A stretch of DNA of 64,000 nt from Podarcis bocagei. Its lineage: Eukaryota. The notes under the pieces are model-generated. The model saw only the letters and a list, made by a program, of their open reading frames with translations. It ran no database searches and was not told the DNA's origin. Location of the stretch: NCBI GenBank assembly GCA_964188305.1, contig OZ076901.1; one strand, 5' to 3'. Made by a program: the position numbers and the translations under genes. Of the stretch, positions 9,430-53,056 are shown in pieces (within the stretch, counting starts at the first letter, position 1; every line of letters starts with the position of its first letter).

Positions 9430-12400
9430 TTTAATATTAAAAACAAGGAAAATCCTGCCCAAACCTACATCATTTAAACATATGTACAATTTTCTTTTTT
9501 AAAAAAGAATATTACAACTTTTAAAGGAAAATATAGTGTATTTTTTTCTATATGATACAAAAGACATGCATCTTTAAAACCATTTATTTGCAAAAGAACA
9601 AGAATTACAAATATTAGAACGCTTGCTGGTTAGACAGCAATACTTTATTTAACCAAGTTGCTTTAAGAGATTGGAGGGGGATAAGACCTTTTATAATGAA
9701 GACCAGTATCCCTTAACCTGGTACCCTTCAGAAGTTGACTCCATCAGCTTTAGCCAGTATGACCAATGTTTTGGGATTATGGAAATTGTAATCCAGCAAC
9801 ATACAGAGGGCACCAGGTTGAGAAATGCTTCAGTTCCATAGGCAGGACATATGCCATCAAGAAAGTTGTTTAAAAAAAACTTGTCAAAGCTGAAGTTGTT
9901 TCCCAGCACTGGCTCCTTATATTGAAGTAAGGAGGACAGATTTCAGTGGGACATACTTCCAATTTTGTGCTTGGACTTACATACCTGCTAGTGCCATGCA
10001 TAACATGGATAGCTGTGGTATAATAATATATCGCTGCATCAGTTCTTGCCATTTTAAAATAGTCAGAAGCCCTTCTAATAAGTCAGAGACCTTGAGGATG
10101 AACAAAAGGAGAACATCTAACCTATCACAAGCCAAAATTGTGCATTTTCTTTCTGCTTTAACATAATCTGCATCTTACCATGAGGACACATGTCAGATGC
10201 CAAACTACTGATGACAGACATGAAGAATTTGTCTGTGGCAGTAATATATTCTGATCATGAATTTTGTATATGAGAAATATTCAGGGAAAATATGCTAAAC
10301 ACTAAAAGCATGAGATTGAATGTGGAGTTTAGACTTCTACTTGCTTATTTGGTTCCAAAGCTCTGTGAAGACATGAGGAGTAGAAACATTGAGAAGCTAG
10401 CATTCTAAAGTTTTTAAACAAGATGCTGTAAGTCTCATGAAAGTGCTTTGTGAGCCATTAAAAAGTCCCACAAATTTATTGTGCTTAATGAATTTGAAAA
10501 GGCAGTGACAGCTTAAGTGGATACCAAGTAGGAAGGCACATTATTAGCCATCAGTACATGCAAAAACAAGATTTTCTTAGGTTTCCTGGCCAGAAGTCAC
10601 TAGTCAGAATCTAATATGATAGTGGACACTGAATGAGCACGTGGCTCAGAGAAACTTGGCCACTTGTCTATGCTTTGCAAGGTTCATAATTACACACCTA
10701 TGATTGAGGGAATACTCACAATCCCCCTAAAATATAAAGGCAATATATAACTTTTATAAATAAAATACAATAAAAAGGAAAAACACTTAAAACAGTGTCA
10801 CACAATATAAATAAAGCAGTCCTTGATGAGATTATACTACAACAGATTACAAACTCTTTCCCAGCCTCCAAGTATGACTTTCTCAGTTCCACATCAAAAG
10901 GCTCATGTTACCTGCCTGGACTCTTTTGAATTGAAGTGGCCTCGTATGACAGAGAAGGTGCCAGACTCCCTTAAATTCCCACATCAAAGGTACTCTGACA
11001 TTCTTGCTTTTTGAAAAGGCAAATATAATAATTGTCTCCAAACCAGCTGGGACTTTGCTTCCACCAGGTCACATTCATTTGCTAGCTGTCACTCCCCCTC
11101 TAAGGCTTTGAAAAGTAATTTCTCGGAAGTCTCCAGCCGTTAGTTTAGTTTGGAGATGAGCAGAAGAGATGTTCTGTGGGCCTAATTATAAATTGAATCT
11201 TGTTCTAATTTCCTACAAAGAAAGGGGTCCTTGCACAGTAACCCAAATAAGCACTGCAAATTCTCATTAGGGAGCCTTATTTATAAAATTATATAATATA
11301 CATAATATATTATATAAAATAATCGCACACTATATACACACACAGCATTTGACAATTGCTGCAACAGATATAAAAATACAAAGCTTGTCTTTATCGCGCG
11401 CGCACACACACACTCACAAAACACACAAATGTTACTCAGTATGGTACATTGCACCTATGAGCACCTCTGCTCTTCTGTATGGGGCTTGCAATTACTATTC
11501 AGTATATTTGGCCTTTCCTCTATTCCCCCCCTCACCCCTTCTTCAAACGGGGCGTTTCTAGTTCCTGGATCTAGCTAGGAAAATGAATTCATATTGCCGC
11601 GGGGCAACTGCAAATATAGTGTTACGTGCCTCCAATTCGTGGAGCTGTTTTACAAGTGTAAGTTTGTTTTATTTGTGCTGGTTAAAACTGGGAGAAGGTG
11701 GAAATATGCAGCTAGCCTTGTGACGTCCACATTGTGCCCTCAGCTATTTCTGAAGCACAGGCAGCTTTCTTAAAGATACATATACAGGTGTTGTACAACT
11801 TGGCTGCAAGTCTGACACAACCATTGAATAGTGTTGGGCGCTGTGGGGTGAAGCAGCTATTTTCTACTCCAAAAGAAGTGAAAAAAGGGTGTTAAACATT
11901 CTGCATTACCCCCAACCCTAACTGCCCTGCTTTTACACCTACTATCCAAGTTCCATGAAGATACACAGAATAATCATGATAATCTCTGGGAAGCTCCCCC
12001 TCCCCCCCAAATATTTTATTCAAGTTGGCAACCCTGGGAAGGTGTAAGGCAAAGGACTTGAGTCTGAAGCTGGTGCCTAAACCAAATGAACAAAATGTTC
12101 TAGAGGCCTTACATTCTAAGCTTGATTGTGTAATGCTCCAGTGTATTTATAAAGCAGCCAAAGCAGAACCCTTTTCTGGACCAACTTCTGGCAAAGGGCG
12201 AGTTTGTACAACCTATTTCATAGAATGTGTTGCTAAACTTAACTACCAACAACTAGCACTTTTGTCCTCAAACCTCTCTCAATACTGCTCCATCTTGTGA
12301 AAGTGACTAGTTATAAAAGGTTCTAACTGCGGATTAACCAGGACAACTATTCTCAACTTCCTCCATTCTGGCCATTTCCCTCCTGGTGTTTACCTCTCTA

Positions 12401-13444
12401 TTTCCTTAATGTGGACCGTGTATGAACTTATTTACCCTTAAAGCAAACACCAGAAACACAAATTTGAGGGGGGGGGGAGATAGGAGGGAGCCATTTTCAA
12501 TCCAGAACAATTTTGATTGCTTCCCTAAATCACTGACATCAAATTCTCCCCTTGCTTTTTTTAACCCAAGCATCCTACAAAGCCTTTCAAAAAAGCTCAC
12601 CTAACCCAAGTAGAAAATGTGCCCTGTACATTCTCCTTGATGCACAGGACACATAACAGGAACATCAGGAAACAAATCAAAACACTTTAGAATGGCAACA
12701 AGGGGCACCGGTGCAAAATACCCATGCTCAACTCTTCCACCCAGCAGTAAGGATTACATATGTGTCTGCCAACCATTAATTGTTGCCCATGTTGTGCCTT
12801 TCACTATCTGGAACGAGTATGGCAAGAACTCCACACCTCAACTACTACATTCACTTAAATGAGCCTCTCTTCAGTCCTGCCATTTTCCAACAAGTGTTCG
12901 CTAGCACTGACTGAGAACCAGACTTCCATTGAAAGTTCCATGTTTTTCCACATTAGGGTGTTTAGAGTTAGGTGGCAACAGTTCATTAATATGCTGTAAC
13001 AGTTTAAATTTCCATAGCCAAAAGTTCATTCTGTTTTCATTTGCACTGAACCATCCTGTGGAGTTATATCACCAAATTGTAAATTATAAACTGAAGATCA
13101 GCTTGGATCTGAACCAATCCAATAAGCACTTCTCCTAAATGTTTGCACTAAAGTGAAGCTGTATTCTTCCAATGTCCATGGAAAACATTTTAGTATGTTT
13201 CCTGTAATGACAACATACCTTCAGATAGTCACAATGGTGTCGTGCTGGGAAGGATGGGAAGGAATTTCTCAAGACATAAATAAAATGAAAAGGCAAAAGG
13301 CTTTCTTAAAAACATACATTCATAGGACACTACACCAAAAAATAAATAGCATCTTTTATAATTAACATCCTGTTGTAAGTCTCTTTCAGCGACTCTGCTG
13401 TGCAGTTACTGGCTTTAAGTGGGGAGGGGAAGGAGGTCAGTTCC
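9430..13444 (-). other. CDON: Probable long CDON 3'UTR (distal end uncertain)
   Basis: About 4 kb of AU-rich sequence after the stop with no recognisable TE. Minus-strand AATAAA at 9644-9649 and 9583-9588, ATTAAA at 9430-9435, Pumilio element TGTACATA at 9481-9488. Confidence 0.55.
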
Positions 13445-45568
<32,124 letters not shown>

Positions 45569-48500
45569 AGTGCCAAGTTAGAAAGTGTTGTGGCAAAGAG
45601 CTTCAGATTAATGAGAATCACTGAAGAGCCTACAAAAGAATAGGCATGTTATTATTATTACAATTAATTTATTAATAGCCTTCTAAATAACTGTCTCAAT
45701 GTGATTTACACATAAGAAAATTAAAAACTGTTTAAAACACAAAAACAAATACATTTAAAAGAATACTAAAATCCTAACAAGTGAACACTTGTAGTAAAGA
45801 CCCATTTATCCACCTGGAAAAGCCTATCAGAACCAAAATGTCTTTAATGGTTTCTTCAAAGTACAGATAGTGGACACCTGTCATATCTTAACAGGAATGT
45901 TATTTGATAGAGCAGGGGTGGCCACACTATTATTTACTCAATCTGTATACTACATCCATAGATCTTTGGGTGGTTCACAGCATAAAAAACAAAATTAAAT
46001 ACACAAAATACATTTTTAAAATGAACAAAAAAAAAATAAAAATAAACCAATAACCCCCCTCCTCTCCTACAGATCTTATCTTTCATATTTTAATATTTAC
46101 AAGTGTGTAAATATAATAACTGTTTTACAAAGGAAATTCTCTCAGATGTCTTTTGTCTAGTTGGCTTTTGTTAAGTTTTTAAAATCTAAAAATAAGGTTG
46201 GTTATTTCTTCATTCCATAATTGCTACAGTACCATTTCCACATGCTTATATGATCCTGACAGACATATTAGTGGGCTAATTGAATCCCATCGTACAAAAT
46301 GAAGCTGTACCTGCTATTTAAGCAAATACAACATTTGTATAACTTAGCTACCAAGGAATGCCTAACAAGGAGGAAGGAGCAGCACATGTTGGAGGCTACT
46401 ATTTAGGTATTTATTTTATTACTACTGTTTTTCATCTGTTTTTCAGATATGAAACTGTCTTGTTCCATTTCCAGCTCCTGAGTTTCTCCTCAGCATCTCT
46501 CAGTGCTAGGAAAACTCTAACCTGCCCTTCCAATGCATTTGCTGTTGTAAAGGCAGTACACAACAGGTAAAAACAGGAAAAATCAAACCTACCACTACCA
46601 CAAACCAATATAGCAGCAGCAGCAGCAACAACATTGTTGTTGTTGTTGTTCCTTAACAGGGACTCAAGACAGCTTTCAGATACGTAAATGTAAGAACAGC
46701 TAAAAAGGCTGACATAGCAGATAAAAGTAATCTAAAACAGGGGTTGGCCATATTAAATTCATTAATCAGGTATGTCAAATGCCTGCAGAATAGAAGCATT
46801 CTGATGGGACAGTAAGATGAGGCCAGAACGATTGCATGAATAAGATGTAATATGGTACAACCAAACAGATGTGAATGATACACTGAAGTTCGTTTGAGGG
46901 AAGGCCTACTTCTTTTCTGTCATATGGAAAGGAGTGGGGCAGGGGGAAAACCACTCAGACCTGTGCTTTCTAGGAACAGCACAAACAGAAGTGTGGGTGA
47001 GCCCTATGTTGCTTTCCTTATCAAAGAAGGCCATAAGAGATCTCCAAGTTGCTTAAGGGAATTCAGTTTTTAGGAGTGAAGTCTTTGCATGTGCTCAACA
47101 CACTGCATTTACATTTTCAGCTCTGTTTTAAACAGATGTTACATACTTTTCACTAACTGTTTCCAACTGCAGTACAGTTCTGGTGTACCTGAAAGTCATT
47201 TTAGGATGAACAGCATGCCTAAAGGGGTGGGTGGGTGTAAAGGTGTCCTGTACTGTTTTTGTTTACTCCAGAGGTATTGCTAGCACCAAATCTGTCAATT
47301 ATTTTCCATGTCTAGTAAGGAAAGGGTTTTTTAAAAATGGCATAAAATGAGGTATATAATTGCTGCATTAGAATGTCCAATGTAGAAGTGAACTATACTC
47401 AACCAGCAGGAACTCAACATTTTATACTACCATTTGCTGGGTAATTTTCTTACTGAAAAGAGAAAAACTCACATAAATAATCTAAGGTATTTAGTTCAAT
47501 TTTATTTGTGATACTTTAGATTTCAAGCTGTACAGATGGAAATAACTGTATAGAAAGAGTTTATTTTTCATTTATTCAGTAGTAGAATCACCTGAGAAGT
47601 ATGTGAGAAGTAAACATTTAGAGAACTTTAAGAGGATGAGAAGCAGTGTTTTCTCTATCTGCCAAATCCTTCTACCATCTATTTATGTAAAGAGTGTAGT
47701 TGAAACTACACTCATCATCAACTTTACCCAGTTATTTCACAGGCTTTGTATACAGAAAAATTTCAAAAGTCATCCAGTGGACCATATACATATCTATGCT
47801 ATACATACTCTTTAATGTATTGATTTTCTAGGATTGTCTTTATTTTTAAAAATCAGTGTTGTATTAAATGGAACATGGTTTACAAAACATCAGTTGTATT
47901 CACATAAGAAACCATCCAATGAAATAAACAGTCTGAAGTGGACTTTTGTGTTTTTTGTTGCTACATAGTCAGGCTATATGCTCTTAATCCTACTTGTCAA
48001 AAATGGCTACAAAATGGTTCATATCGGACAATGCATGTGGTGGGAAGCACTGTGCACAAATGAAAGAAAGTACAGGCCCTCCCTTAGTTTTACAAAGGGA
48101 GAGACACACATGCAGAAGGGACTAAAAGAAAAAGGTAGGGGAAGAAAAGGGTAGAGGAAAATCAAGAGTTTGATACTGCCAGAATGAAGACACCTAGGAT
48201 CACTGGCCTTCCCTTGTGAATATTCTGGTTGGAATAGAACCTGTGAAACTACTCAATGGTCCTTAGTGCTCTGGTAAGTGAGGGAAGCCAGTGTCATCTT
48301 CTTCATACAACTGCAGTCACAGGTCCTTGTAGTTGGTGTAGAGTTCTTTCCATTAGGGAGATGGAAAGAAAATATGGCCGATGGCTAGGGCCAGACTAGT
48401 CCTCCCTTTGCCATGGTGCTCTGGGATGGAGAGGGGTACAAGCTCCCAGTGGTCCTCACTCTTCTGGCTAGTGATAGAGGGCAAAGCATACTTACACTTG

Positions 48501-48706
48501 CAGTTGAAGTCAACCATATGTTACATTCCCCAATGCTTTTAATTCTAAAAGAGCAAGGTCACATCTACACCATAAAGCACTCATATCAATTTAACAGCTG
48601 TGACTTCCTGCAAAGAATCCTGGGATGTAGTTTGTTTTAGGGTGTTGACCTCACAGACCTGCAATTACCAGCACCCTGAGCAAACTTCAGTTCCCAGGAT
48701 TCTCCA

Positions 48707-48805
48707 TTACCCGCCCTGAGCCCGGCCTTGGCTGGGGAGGGTGGGGTATAAATAAAAATTATTATTATTACTATTACTATTGTTGTTGTTGTTGTTGTTG
48801 TTGTT
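48707..48805 (+). mobile_element. LINE (L2-like) 3' tail with (TAT)/(TTG) microsatellite
   Basis: CTGAGCCCGGCCTTGGCTGGG...GTATAAATAAAA + simple repeat; same tail at about 51340-51435. Confidence 0.65.
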
Positions 48806-49494
48806 ACTACAGTATAAGAACTTTAGATGTAAGTTGTGGATGTGACCTAAGTTTCTAGCCCATATATTTTGAAGGTAAGTTTTAATGTGGTGGGCAATGC
48901 CTGATAAAAATCCATGATTCCTGAATGCTTGCCATATTAAATTTTCAGTGGAGCATGAATGCTTAATAAAATGTATTATGAAAAGTAGAAGAAGCAGATT
49001 CACGCAACTTGTACATGTCACAAATTTTACTGTTTGCTATAAAACTGAACATCCAGAAAACACCCAGTACTATTTATAGCAACATGTTTAATAAGAGAAA
49101 ATAAATTATGTTGCTTTTCAAGAAGTTTACTTTATGATGGCTTATTAAAGAATTTCTTTACTCCCACTTTCTCTTCATCCAGTAACCACTTAAGTGGCTT
49201 TCTGACCAGAATTTATTTATTATTGGCAGATTAGTTTCCATATAAAACAAAATGTCATGTATGTTAATTTCTCTATCAGAAAATAGTAATTCACAAAAAC
49301 AAAGGGCTTCTGATTTAAGCATCATCTCAATCAGGGCAGCTAAGCACTCATCATGAACTACATTTTGGCACGGTATTTATTTACAAAAGCATTTTTATTT
49401 TTGAGGGCAGCAAAATATTCTGCCTTTCTACCATTCGGACTATGAGGCAGCTTACAAACAAAGCAGTATCAAACATCAGTAGAATTCTAGCCAT

Positions 49495-49900
49495 TTCCCA
49501 AGTAACAGCTGTGTTAGTCTTTTGTGGTTCTGGCATAAGTATTTGTTGTCTTTAGTCTACCTCATCAAACATATGAAGTGTTACTCCAAGTTACAGGTAG
49601 ATACACACATATTTACAAGCATATACCCCATTGAGAGGGACTGTAAAAACTAAGGTCAAAGGAAAATGAAATGCAGAAAAAAATAGACAGTGATCATTAC
49701 ATACTTGACAGTGGTAATTCACAAAGTGTACTTGATGACAGAAATTCTGGCACTGGAAAGCTAATCTGCCTCTGAAGTCCCTTTGCTTTAGGATGGGCAC
49801 TTTGAGATCATTTACAGAAATATCTCCCCAAATGGCTTTTGAATAATGTCATTTCTGGTGCCAGATTTGTGTTCACTTATTCTTTTGCACAGAGATGGGT
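49495..49900 (-). mobile_element. Decayed Penelope-like element (GIY-YIG C-terminus + terminal repeat)
   Basis: Peptides SLCKRISEHKSGTRNDIIQKPFGEIF and DLKVPILKQRDFRGRL resemble the Penelope GIY-YIG endonuclease tail; degenerate hammerhead relic at 49533-49572. Confidence 0.7.
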
Positions 49901-50250
49901 TTTTCCGCTGTAGAATGCAGAAGGGTATTGCGGGTAGATTTTTCAGTTTGTTTATTAAAACATTTCTATTCCACTTTTCATATACAGAAAGAAATACCAA
50001 AGCAGCTCACACAATAATAAAATGTAACAAATCCAATAAAAATAATCAGTACAATCATCCCAATGACCAGTATTAGTAATATTAAGGGTCAGGGAAAAGA
50101 TGAACAGATATGTCTTCAAATCAGTGGCAGAAACACCCCAAGGTTGGTTTTTCCCTGATTTCAGTGGGAAGAGCATTTCATGTGGTACGCGCCACAAAGG
50201 AGAAGGATTTCCTTGCACAACCAGCAATCGGATCTCTGTGGTTCATGGTA

Positions 50251-50567
50251 CAGTGGTGCCTCGCAAGACGAAAAGAATCCGTTCTGTGATTCTCTTCGTC
50301 TAGCGGTTTTTTGTCTTGCGAAGCAAGCCCATTGACGGATTAGCGGATTAGCGCTATTAGCGGCTTATTGGATCAGCTGATAAGCGGCTTAGCGGCTTAG
50401 AAAAGGGGGGGGGGGAGGAAAAAAACCCGCAGGAACTCGCAAGACATTTTCGTCTTGCGAAGCAAGCCCATAGGAGATTCGTTTTGCGAAGCACCTCCAA
50501 AACGGAAAACTCTTTCATCTAGCGAGTTTTCCGTCTTGTGAGGCATTCGTCTTGTGGGGCACCGCTG
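50251..50567. mobile_element. Tc1/mariner MITE sharing ends with 43482-44397 (opposite orientation), inserted in an L2 remnant
   Basis: TIRs CAGTGGTGCCTCGCAAGACGAA / TTCGTCTTGTGGGGCACCGCTG; TA TSD; interior TTAGCGG-type repeats. Confidence 0.88.
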
Positions 50568-50886
50568 TACAATCAGGAGGGTTCCATCGGCAGACTGCAG
50601 TGAGTGACTATACTGCAGTAACTGCAAGTCTGTACAGGAGAATGGAGTCCCTCATATATCATACTGAGAGATAAGCAGGTGAATCCTAACAAGTTCAATA
50701 TTTTGTTTTTTAAAAGTCAAAATAAGTAGATAGTCTGACCAATTAATATTAATTGCCATTAAGCTCAATAAGCAGCAGAGTCTTCACACTGTACTGAAAA
50801 GACCACAAACTTGACACCACACACACACATCCCTGGGAAGAGCTCCCTACCTGGGTTGCCACTACTAAAAAGACACCCTCCCTGAT

Positions 50887-51077
50887 CACAGATGTCAACT
50901 TGAATAAAATATTGAGGGGGCCAGGTAAGCCGCACTCTGCATAACTGATCACATGACATGGCACATGCACACCATTTGAATGGCAATGCCAATCAACCTT
51001 CAGGGGCCCGCCTCCCTAAAATATTTTATGGGGGGGGGGGCTAAAGGGACCTCACCCCCTAGGAGATGGTCCCTATG
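50887..51077. mobile_element. Non-autonomous hAT element
   Basis: Perfect 8-bp TSD TCCCTGAT (50879-50886, 51078-51085); degenerate TIRs. Confidence 0.7.
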
Positions 51078-51239
51078 TCCCTGATAGTTACTTGTCTCAC
51101 TTCATTTCAGAGAAATATTGACTATGAGCAACTTGACTGGAGTTAATCAGTGCATTAAGACAGAGTTGTTCTGCCTGGCCTTTGGCTTGGAGCCAATTTG
51201 ATTCCCTCCCTCTCTTTCTTTTTTCTTTTCCTTCTCCTC

Positions 51240-51389
51240 CTGCGAGGAGGCTACATTTAAATATTTTAATGTTGCAATATTTAATGAATTTAAATTTTGT
51301 TTTTAAGTTGTAATCATTCAACTTGTTTTTATTATTGCTTGTAAGCCGCTCTGAGCCCGGCCTTGGCTGGGTATAAATAAAAATTATTA

Positions 51390-51435
<46 letters not shown>
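51240..51435 (+). mobile_element. LINE (L2-like) 3' end with (TAT)n tail
   Basis: TTGTAAGCCGCTCTGAGCCCGGCC...ATAAATAAAA + (TTA)n. Confidence 0.65.
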
Positions 51436-51437
<2 letters not shown>

Positions 51438-51607
51438 CCTAGGCAAGTGCCCAGTAAAGCTGAAGAATCATGTCATTAAGATGGAAGACATAGATGGAAG
51501 TGTGTACCATTTGCATATTGGGGCTGATCTCACTCTGATGATTCTTGTACTGTAAATATTATCACCCTGGAGATAATATTTAATAATAGTGTGGATCCTG
51601 GAAGGAC

Positions 51608-51825
51608 CCTACAACAAGTAAGCTGCTAAGAACAGTTCCCTAGGTTCACCTTCCTGAACCTCCCAGCAACATCCATAGTCAATGGTATCAAATTTGACTG
51701 AAAGATCGGGGGGGGGGGGGTAAAGATTCATTGTATCCAGATCTCTACAACAGCATAGGTCATCTACCAGGGTAATCACAGTACCGAAACTCAGCCTGAA
51801 GCTGAAAGGAAAGGCCAACAACTTC
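51608..51825 (-). mobile_element. L2 reverse-transcriptase fragment
   Basis: SFRLSFGTVITLVDDL...DLSVKFDTIDY resembles GFR..GTETALV.LVDDL...DLSAAFDTIDH. Confidence 0.7.
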
Positions 51826-53020
51826 GTTAAGTGACAGGTGTCCTTTCATTTGTCATCACTGATATCTCTATTGATCATTTCAAGAGGTCAAGATTTAATG
51901 AGTCTACAGATTGAAGTCTCCTCATCTGTACAAGTTGTAAATCTTCAAGAAAGAGGCAGCATGAGATGTTACATTTTTTCAGTCACAGAATATTACTTTG
52001 GACATTAATCACAATTTCTAATATTCCAAAATCTGGATAATTACTTATTCCTTATTTATTATGTTAACTGTCCATAGTGAACAAAATTCTGAACTGGAGA
52101 ATTTACTGCAGAATCGAATCATCACTACAGTATTTATATTTAGCTTTAGTTCAGAATGTCAAATCAAATGAGTGAACAATATTTTTAGAGATATTTGCAG
52201 GAATTTCTGCAGTTAACATTACAATCCTAGCAAATATTTGCAGATCATTTTGTGCACATGATTAATACATTGTTTTGTATCATCTATATATCTAGTGATT
52301 TCTGCACTGGAATATATTTTAGGCCCTTCTACTGATGTGCTTAAACAAATAAGCAAATCATCCATTTAAAGTAGCACCAAGTTTTCAAAAAAAATCAAAA
52401 ATTAGTAAGATCATGATTCCACTCCTAGAAGCCAGACAATATTGCTTTTGTTACCCCAGCTCTAAAATGAGCTTTTGATAAGTGGCTAATTTGCTTTAGA
52501 TGAATTACAACAAAGCTTCTTTGCCCTTTGAGAATATTAACCGAATGAATAATAATCCATCTATATGGCACTCAACAGTGTTCAACACACTTCAGGTACA
52601 TTTTTTATTGTCATAATACTTTAAAAATCCATGAATGTATGTCAGTACTATCGACATATTATGGATGTGAGGGGTGGAGAGCTGAGAGAGGTAGCAAATG
52701 ACAGCACCAGTGCAAGTCAATGCCTTTGAAAAATGGAGGATTTTAAAAAAATTTTGTGACAGATAAATTTCAACTTATGAAAGTTGCTTATTTCATTCTG
52801 TTGCAATTTCAGAGTTTTGTATGATCTTAATCTGTACATAACATTATGTGAAGAAACATCTTATCACACTGCCCCCCTTGCATCAATGAAAACCCATTTA
52901 GATTCCTCTACATCTGTCAGGAACAGAACACGTTTTTAAAAGTGAAAATTGATCATTACGTTTCCCACTGAGCCACCTTAAAAGCAAAAGTAGAGACGTC
53001 TACATTATTTAGAGAAAGGT

Positions 53021-53056
53021 ATTTCCTTAGTCACTGGCATTTCCTTAGTCACTGGC
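53021..53056. repeat. Perfect 18-bp tandem duplication
   Basis: ATTTCCTTAGTCACTGGC x2. Confidence 0.95.
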
